From positions 16,353-40,352 of the forward strand of contig JAEWFG010000235.1 in the NCBI GenBank assembly GCA_023388935.1: DNA of 24,000 nucleotides, in the 5' to 3' direction. Origin of the DNA: Pseudomonadota bacterium. Its GTDB lineage: Bacteria > Pseudomonadota > Alphaproteobacteria > Rhizobiales > Xanthobacteraceae. The position numbers and the translations under genes were made by a program. Positions 18,834 to 24,000 of the stretch are shown piece by piece; the first letter of the stretch is position 1; each line of letters opens with the position of its first letter. The notes beneath the pieces were generated by a model. The model saw only the letters and a program-made list of their open reading frames with translations. It made no database searches and had not been told where the DNA came from.

Positions 18834-19178
18834 TCAATTCTGCGCGTCGCTATCCTGACGACCTTGCGAACCCCTCGGCATCCGATCGAGCACTGCGCCG
18901 ATGATGCTCGATGGATTGCCGTGTTCGTCGCGCGTGACGGCGCTAATCAGGTTGTCGATCTGCGCGCCGTATTGAAGCGCCAGGGACAGGACAACCGCGC
19001 CATCACGAGCGATGGCCTCGATCTCCTGCCCCGACTTGCCGCCGGTCATGAACACCTCTCCGATCGAGCCGTCTTCATAGAAACCGAGCGTCACCGCGAA
19101 GGTTCGATCGAACCCGCCCCATTCGATCTCGAACGTTTCGGCATGGCGCCGCTGCGGCAAGCATCGGCGATCAGCCAT
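18834..19178 (-). CDS. Stand-alone TSCPD-domain protein (ribonucleotide reductase C-terminal-like)
   Basis: MADRRCLPQRRHAETFEIEWGGFDRTFAVTLGFYEDGSIGEVFMTGGKSGQEIEAIARDGAVVLSLALQYGAQIDNLI...SSIIGAVLDRM. Confidence 0.7.
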   Translation of the reverse strand: MADRRCLPQRRHAETFEIEWGGFDRTFAVTLGFYEDGSIGEVFMTGGKSGQEIEAIARDGAVVLSLALQYGAQIDNLISAVTRDEHGNPSSIIGAVLDRMPRGSQGRQDSDAQN

Positions 19179-19419
19179 CTGGCGCTTCCTCTTTGGCAAT
19201 GAGCTTGCAGGCTTCAAGGAAGCCTTCGTCGGCCATCTTGAGGTTGTTGCGGCTGATGTAGAGCGAGAGCGAGAGCAGCGTAGCGAGGATTTCCGGCAAT
19301 ATGGTCTCCGGCGGATAGATCGGCGCAAGCCGCCGCTGCACCGTCAGCACCGCTTCGCCGATCGTCAACCGCATCTTCCGCTGCTCGTCGATCGTCAGCT
19401 CGTCATCATCCGTCATCAC
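19171..19419 (-). CDS. Hypothetical phage-type protein (82 aa)
   Basis: MMTDDDELTIDEQRKMRLTIGEAVLTVQRRLAPIYPPETILPEILATLLSLSLYISRNNLKMADEGFLEACKLIAKEE; overlaps the downstream ORF start as in tightly packed phage operons. Confidence 0.55.
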   Translation of the reverse strand: MMTDDDELTIDEQRKMRLTIGEAVLTVQRRLAPIYPPETILPEILATLLSLSLYISRNNLKMADEGFLEACKLIAKEEAPDG

Positions 19420-19616
19420 ACGGCCTGCGGTTGCACTGGCGCGGCCTTCGCTTTGCGCTGCCGCTTCTGCTTTTCCGGCAGCACCGCTGCGTAGTGCTGG
19501 ATCGCGGCGACCAACTCGTCGGCGTCCTGCTTGGTGCTGATCGCGGCCGTGATGTGCAAATCGATTATGCCGCTCTCGGTCTTGAGTTGCAGATCAGCGC
19601 CTTTCGGTAGTTTCAT
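19416..19616 (-). CDS. Hypothetical small protein
   Basis: MKLPKGADLQLKTESGIIDLHITAAISTKQDADELVAAIQHYAAVLPEKQKRQRKAKAAPVQPQAV; 4-nt overlap with ORF 19171..19419; ORF can extend to 19667. Confidence 0.45.
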   Translation of the reverse strand: MKLPKGADLQLKTESGIIDLHITAAISTKQDADELVAAIQHYAAVLPEKQKRQRKAKAAPVQPQAV

Positions 19617-19774
19617 TTCCAAGTTCTCCAACTCTGCCAAAAATATCGTGCGTTGCCCGCCGCCCATAACGCCAGCACGATGGCGAGCGGCGCGAGATCA
19701 GCGATCAACGCGACTTCTCCTGTCGGCGGCTTTGCGTACAACGAACCCGTGCCGCCTTGCGGGTCCGAAAACCG

Positions 19775-19969
19775 TCATCTCTCGCCTCGCCAAATCTGAT
19801 TGAGAACCAGATCGTCGCGGTGCCGGTGGACATCGAGCATTCCGAGGGATTTCCAATCGGCATACCAGCGGTCGACTTGGACCGACCAATAGAGCCACCG
19901 CACATGACGGATGATCGGCAGTCGCCAAAACCAAGAGACTGGCGGCGGCATCCGAGGATGTAGGTTCAT
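19775..19969 (-). CDS. Hypothetical small phage-type protein
   Basis: ...RLPIIRHVRWLYWSVQVDRWYADWKSLGMLDVHRHRDDLVLNQIWRGER; competing overlapping ORFs exist in other frames. Confidence 0.4.
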   Translation of the reverse strand: MNLHPRMPPPVSWFWRLPIIRHVRWLYWSVQVDRWYADWKSLGMLDVHRHRDDLVLNQIWRGER

Positions 19970-20157
19970 CGCAATGTCCCATCACAATAGCGGTCGATAT
20001 CGTCGTCGTTCATTCCCGCTTGCGCGAGCCGCCGAAAGAATTCGTCGCGATCAATCTGCCCATTGCCGAGCCGCGCCAGCAGATCGTCCATGATCTCACG
20101 CTTTGTTTTCGTTTTCGCCGGGCGCTTGCGCGATCTCGTTGTCGCTCGGCCATGCAT
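19966..20157 (-). CDS. Hypothetical small protein
   Basis: ...KTKTKREIMDDLLARLGNGQIDRDEFFRRLAQAGMNDDDIDRYCDGTLR; 4-nt overlap with ORF 19775..19969; true start may be the internal MDDLL. Confidence 0.4.
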   Translation of the reverse strand: MHGRATTRSRKRPAKTKTKREIMDDLLARLGNGQIDRDEFFRRLAQAGMNDDDIDRYCDGTLR

Positions 20158-20162
20158 TCATC

Positions 20163-20519
20163 TCAGTGCTCGGTTTCACCGTCGGTGTGTACCGCGCCGT
20201 TGGTTTGGCGATGGACGATCGCCGCGATACCGCTTTCGATCTCGCCCGCCGCCGCATGCTGCTGGTCGACGTGACGCTCGCTCGATGCGTACTGCTTCAA
20301 GCCGTGCATCAAGGTCGCGCCGCACTGATCCAGCAGGCTCTTGATGGCTTCGGAGCGACGCAACAGGGCGTCGCGATCGGCATTTGCCTTGGCGAGCTGA
20401 GTTTTCAAAGCGTCGTTTTCGAATTCGAGCACGGCGTTCTTCTTGCTCAGCGCATCGAGTTCGGCGCGCATCGACAACAGATCGGTCTCAAGCTTCGTGA
20501 TTTCAGCCGCAAGCGTCAT
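20163..20519 (-). CDS. Coiled-coil hypothetical protein
   Basis: MTLAAEITKLETDLLSMRAELDALSKKNAVLEFENDALKTQLAKANADRDALLRRSEAIKSLL: heptad-like pattern. Confidence 0.5.
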   Translation of the reverse strand: MTLAAEITKLETDLLSMRAELDALSKKNAVLEFENDALKTQLAKANADRDALLRRSEAIKSLLDQCGATLMHGLKQYASSERHVDQQHAAAGEIESGIAAIVHRQTNGAVHTDGETEH

Positions 20520-20595
20520 CGCGTTAGTTCCTTTGATCGAGGGTGGAAATCCTGGCGGCCAGGGTAGCGGATAGGGCTTGGGCCTTCACTCACGG

Positions 20596-20799
20596 TCAAA
20601 CCTTCCGACGCAGTTGAGAACGCAACATCGCGACATAGCGGCTGGACACGGCGCCGCCGCGATGGAGGGCGATGCTCCTGCGGTTGCCGGCGCGATCCGT
20701 GAAGTTGACGCGCGTATGCCTGCCGCCCTCCGTGATCGATACATCTGACCCACCAAGTTTGCGAACGGCGTTCGCGATGTCCCGCACCAGCTTGCGCAT
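20596..20799 (-). CDS. HicA-like / dsRBD-fold small protein (67 aa)
   Basis: MRKLVRDIANAVRKLGGSDVSITEGGRHTRVNFTDRAGNRRSIALHRGGAVSSRYVAMLRSQLRRKV; G-x-H-x-x-V core as in HicA-like folds. Start read at 20799 inside ORF 20596..21177. Confidence 0.45.
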   Translation of the reverse strand: MRKLVRDIANAVRKLGGSDVSITEGGRHTRVNFTDRAGNRRSIALHRGGAVSSRYVAMLRSQLRRKV

Positions 20800-20809
20800 G
20801 TGTGACCGG

Positions 20810-21235
20810 CTACTCTCCGAAGATCGCAGCCTTGATATCCTCGGCGTAGCGCTCGACCGCTGCCTTGACGGCCGGTCGCGCGCGATTGAAAGCCCGTTCA
20901 ATGTGCGACAAGGGCGCGTCCGTGACGGCGACTGCGAACGCGATGATCTTGTGACGCTTCTCGACGATCTCCGCGTTGCGGCTGTCGCCGACGACCTGAT
21001 CTTTCGTGAGCCCGAACGCGCTGGCCCCGACGTGAAGTGCGTTGCCAACTTTGCGGGCCGGGTTCGTCTGGCACAGTTTTTGGTATTCGCTCGCCATGGT
21101 CCGATAGCGGTCGCGTTGCTTGTCGGCGCCGATGTTCGACATCGCCGAAACCAACATCGGGCGGGCCGCTTCCGCACTGCGCGTCCTCCTGAGTGACACC
21201 ATTCGATTGCCCGCCGCCGCTGTGAGAATTTTCAT
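20810..21235 (-). CDS. Protein with DnaA domain IV-like helix-turn-helix
   Basis: FGLTKDQVVGDSRNAEIVEKRHKIIAFAVAVTDAPLSHIERAFNRARPAVKAAVERY aligns by eye with the DnaA C-terminal DNA-binding domain layout; ATG 3 nt after the RecT-like stop. Confidence 0.5.
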   Translation of the reverse strand: MKILTAAAGNRMVSLRRTRSAEAARPMLVSAMSNIGADKQRDRYRTMASEYQKLCQTNPARKVGNALHVGASAFGLTKDQVVGDSRNAEIVEKRHKIIAFAVAVTDAPLSHIERAFNRARPAVKAAVERYAEDIKAAIFGE

Positions 21236-21238
21236 CTG

Positions 21239-22195
21239 TCATTCCTCGGTGGTGGTTAGCGGTCGATTGGCTGGGAATCCGGGCCCGGCGACGGCTTCAT
21301 TGGAATGTTCTGCGGCAACTTCCGACTTTGCTTGCTTTGCTTTCGGCGCAGTCTGCGCGTCGATCTCGGCAATCGCGGCCTGCCCGAGCGCAGCGGCGTT
21401 GCCGCGCAGGCGCGACAAGAGACCGGGCGAAACATCGCGGGCCTGATCCGACGCAGCGGAGACGACGGCAAATCCGGCATCTTCCATTTCGTCTCGGCCA
21501 TACATGCCGGAGATCACGTCCGGGCAATACATTCGCGCCCAGTCTCTGCTCATGTTGTAGAACAGTTGCAGGTCGGCCTTAGTGTCCCACAGCGGCGACC
21601 CCTTCACTTTGCCTTTGTCGTTGTGGCCCGGGTGAAGTTTGCCGAGCGTGAATTGCTCCGGATGGGCATCGAGTGGCGGGAAGTAGCGCGGCTCAGTCTC
21701 GCCACGAAACGTCGCCCAAACCCGGCAGCGCCGCTTGTCGCCTTCGCCCTCATAAGCGACTTGCAAGCGCGTGGTGATCGGCGCGCGGGCCTCGACGATC
21801 GCGTGAAAGAATTGGCTTTCATAGGCGATGCGCTGCACTTTTTGCCCGCTCTGCCATTGCTCGACGAGATAGGACCAATTCGCCAGGGCGAGCGGCGACA
21901 CACCCAATTCCTGCGCGCGCAGGCAATTTGCGAAGCACATGCCGACGTTGCCTTGCATGTGCGGCGGGATCATCGCTCCAGCGGAGGAGAGCAGCTTTGC
22001 CGCGTCCACCATGTCGCGCAGGTTGGCATAGTCGACGCCGCCGCCGCGAAACAACTGCACGCTCTCGGTGCGCTCGGTGACGACTTTCTCCGCGTTACCC
22101 TCGACCAGATCGCGGCGTGTCACTCGGTCCGATGCGGCGGATTGCTGCGGCGGCGGCGATTGCGGACGCTCTGTCGTGTTGAGTTCGGTAATCAT
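21239..22195 (-). CDS. RecT-family-like single-strand annealing protein
   Basis: MCFANCLRAQELGVSPLALANWSYLVEQ...QRIAYESQFFHAIVEARAPITTRLQVAYEGEGDKRRCRVWATFRGE...SPLWDTKADLQLFYNMSRDWARMYCPDVISGMYGRDE; start at 22195 gives TGATG overlap with the upstream nuclease. Confidence 0.65.
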   Translation of the reverse strand: MITELNTTERPQSPPPQQSAASDRVTRRDLVEGNAEKVVTERTESVQLFRGGGVDYANLRDMVDAAKLLSSAGAMIPPHMQGNVGMCFANCLRAQELGVSPLALANWSYLVEQWQSGQKVQRIAYESQFFHAIVEARAPITTRLQVAYEGEGDKRRCRVWATFRGETEPRYFPPLDAHPEQFTLGKLHPGHNDKGKVKGSPLWDTKADLQLFYNMSRDWARMYCPDVISGMYGRDEMEDAGFAVVSAASDQARDVSPGLLSRLRGNAAALGQAAIAEIDAQTAPKAKQAKSEVAAEHSNEAVAGPGFPANRPLTTTEE

Positions 22196-23106
22196 CACGC
22201 GGCCTCCCGCAATTGATATTTCACTCGATCGTCGATCGACTTCCGCGACCACTCAGGAAGATCGATATATTCGGCATCCGGGCGATCATCACCGGGCCCG
22301 GGCCAATTGCCGGACTGGTGGCATTGCCAGAAGATGTCGGCAGCCATGTCGTTGAGCTGCTGGCCGCGCGCCAAGTCCTCGTCTTTGAATGTGGTGGCGC
22401 GCACGCAATAGGGCGGCTTGTTCTCGACCCATAGCAGGGTGAACGAGTTGGCGGGAATGCCGAGCGCTCGCGCGCCTTCCATCACCATCGCGGCTTGCTG
22501 ATGATAGCCGAAATCGACGATGGAGCGCTGCAGATCGCGGTAGAGCACCGAGCTAGTCGTCTTGAGGTCGACGAAATCGCCGCTGTCGTTCGGCACCATA
22601 TCGGGCTTGGCTTTCTTGATGAAGCCGCGTCGGTCGCGCCAGAACATCGCGATCTCAGAGAGCCCGGTGAGCATGCCGCCCTTGACCAGCGGAAAATTGC
22701 CGAGCGAAATGATCATTCCTTTGGCGTGTCGTGCCATCGTCGGCGTGATGATCGTTTTGCCTGCCGCGATCTGATCGGCCTTCCACTTCTGCCCGATCTT
22801 GGTGCGGGCATTGTAGTCGGGAGGGCAGAGCGCGAATTCATCCTTGAACGGTTTTCCGGTGATCGCCGCATGGATGAAGCTGCCGAGCGCCATTGCTTCG
22901 GTTTCGTCCGTCTCGGGGCGGTCGGGATTGAATGGCGAGCGGTGATACGCGTGCGCAGGCGAAAAGCGGATCAGGTCGCGCAAGAATGAAGAGGAGACGC
23001 TCACCGCACCCTTGCAGACATCGGCGCGGTGATAGGCCGGCATCGGCATGTCGCTGACGGCGCAAGGTGCTTCGATAGGCTGATCTTTCCAGACGACTAA
23101 CTGCAT
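22195..23106 (-). CDS. RecE-like PD-(D/E)XK nuclease-domain protein
   Basis: SSSFLRDLIRFSPAHAYHRSPFNPD...AMALGSFIHAAITGKPF...AKPDMVPNDSGDFVDLKTTSSVLYRDLQRSIVDFGYHQQAAMVMEGARAL...: PD...D-x-KT and downstream QxA typical of phage RecE/DUF3799-type nucleases. Confidence 0.75.
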   Translation of the reverse strand: MQLVVWKDQPIEAPCAVSDMPMPAYHRADVCKGAVSVSSSFLRDLIRFSPAHAYHRSPFNPDRPETDETEAMALGSFIHAAITGKPFKDEFALCPPDYNARTKIGQKWKADQIAAGKTIITPTMARHAKGMIISLGNFPLVKGGMLTGLSEIAMFWRDRRGFIKKAKPDMVPNDSGDFVDLKTTSSVLYRDLQRSIVDFGYHQQAAMVMEGARALGIPANSFTLLWVENKPPYCVRATTFKDEDLARGQQLNDMAADIFWQCHQSGNWPGPGDDRPDAEYIDLPEWSRKSIDDRVKYQLREAA

Positions 23107-23541
23107 TCTCGGTACTCGCACGCAAACCTGTAACGCTCTCGCGGGAAATGCTTCCTGTGAGTTCGACCGTGGGCGCGCGTTTAGATGACGCGCGCGATTT
23201 TACGTTTGATCAGTTGAGGGCCGTCCGCTGCAATTTGTGGCGGTCGGTGCACCGTTAGCCTTACGTGCTCGAATTCTTGGTTTTGCTTCCGAGCCCGCAA
23301 ATCATCCTTCCGCTTCGGGTGCGCTGTCAACAGGGATCGGCTGCCTCTATCGGACATTTTGACGCGAGCGAAACATGCGGGAACTTTTCAACCTGCGTGC
23401 GAGTGCAATTCTTCTCGCCAGTGTGTTGTTAGCCGCCGAGTTTCTATCGGCGTTTATTTTGCGTAAATCGCGGCGCCGACTTGCGCCATCGGCGAAGCAA
23501 CGTCAGACCATGATCTGTTTTGCTTTGCGAGTGGCGGCACA

Positions 23542-23979
23542 ATGCGAACCATCGAACGACCATGGAATGATGCGGACACGCGCGAGCTTCGCAAACTGTG
23601 GAGCGCTAACGCGCCGTCGTCGCTGATCGCCAATATGCTCTACCGATCACGAAGCTCGGTATGCGGCAAGGTTTCCAGATTGAAGTTGAAGCGCGAAAAG
23701 AAGCCGATCCTGCCGACGAAAGCGCGGGTGAGATCGCGCCAGGCGAAAGCGGCGCAGCCGCTCAACGTGAGCAACGCGCCAATGAAATTTGGCTCGATCG
23801 AGAGCTATGCGCCGAAGCCGGTCCCGTTCCTGAAAGCGAAGCAGTGGCACTGTCGAGCTGTGCTCGACGAAAAAGGCCGCGATGGCCTTGCGCTGTTTTG
23901 CGGCGCGCGGGCGGTGCGCGGGCACGCATGGTGCGAACATCACTTGATCCGTTTCACCACAGCGCAGGGGCGAGCCTAG
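23542..23979 (+). CDS. GcrA-family cell cycle regulator homologue
   Basis: MRTIERPWNDADTRELRKLWSANAPSSLIANMLYRSRSSVCGKVSRLKLKREKK and C-terminal WHCRAVLDEKGRDGLALFCGARAVRGHAWCEHHLIRF. Confidence 0.75.
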   Translation: MRTIERPWNDADTRELRKLWSANAPSSLIANMLYRSRSSVCGKVSRLKLKREKKPILPTKARVRSRQAKAAQPLNVSNAPMKFGSIESYAPKPVPFLKAKQWHCRAVLDEKGRDGLALFCGARAVRGHAWCEHHLIRFTTAQGRA

Positions 23980-24000
23980 CCATGTCGTTGCCACGCATGG

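Noticed and set aside
23375-23626. 83-aa plus-strand ORF upstream of the GcrA-like gene
   Set aside because: Has a hydrophobic stretch near its N-terminus but overlaps the GcrA-like start in another frame and lacks support; left as unresolved noncoding.
1-24000. CRISPR array, retron or diversity-generating retroelement
   Set aside because: No regularly spaced repeats, reverse transcriptase motifs (YXDD in context), or template/variable repeat pairs were seen.

Overview
The window reads as two parts of an alphaproteobacterial (Bradyrhizobium-like) chromosome. Positions 1 to about 13.8 kb are ordinary host chromosome: glyS 3' part, a DUF1236-type secreted protein, a DUF3096-type small membrane protein, ppdK, a SleB-type cell wall hydrolase, the nadC-nadB-nadA cluster, an MFS transporter, and an AcuI/YhdH-type quinone oxidoreductase. 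From about 13.85 kb to the right edge the content looks like an integrated phage or serine-recombinase island. It carries a large serine recombinase, a run of small minus-strand phage-type ORFs (HNH-like, CxxC protein, TSCPD domain, coiled coil, HicA-like, DnaA domain IV-like), a RecT-like annealase and RecE/PD-(D/E)XK nuclease pair with a TGATG junction, and a divergent GcrA homologue. The strongest lead for an under-described system is the cargo between the serine recombinase and the host junction: a TTG-initiated ORF that looks like a HARE-HTH domain with a disordered tail, immediately upstream of a 133-aa ORF that looks like a phage BECR-fold (PBECR-type) nuclease, with a strong stem-loop in the 31-nt gap. 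Other leads are paired TATATGCTCAG-type palindromes upstream of nadA and a structured noncoding segment ending in a terminator-like hairpin at the island edge. All family calls come from reading translated sequence; no database search was run.
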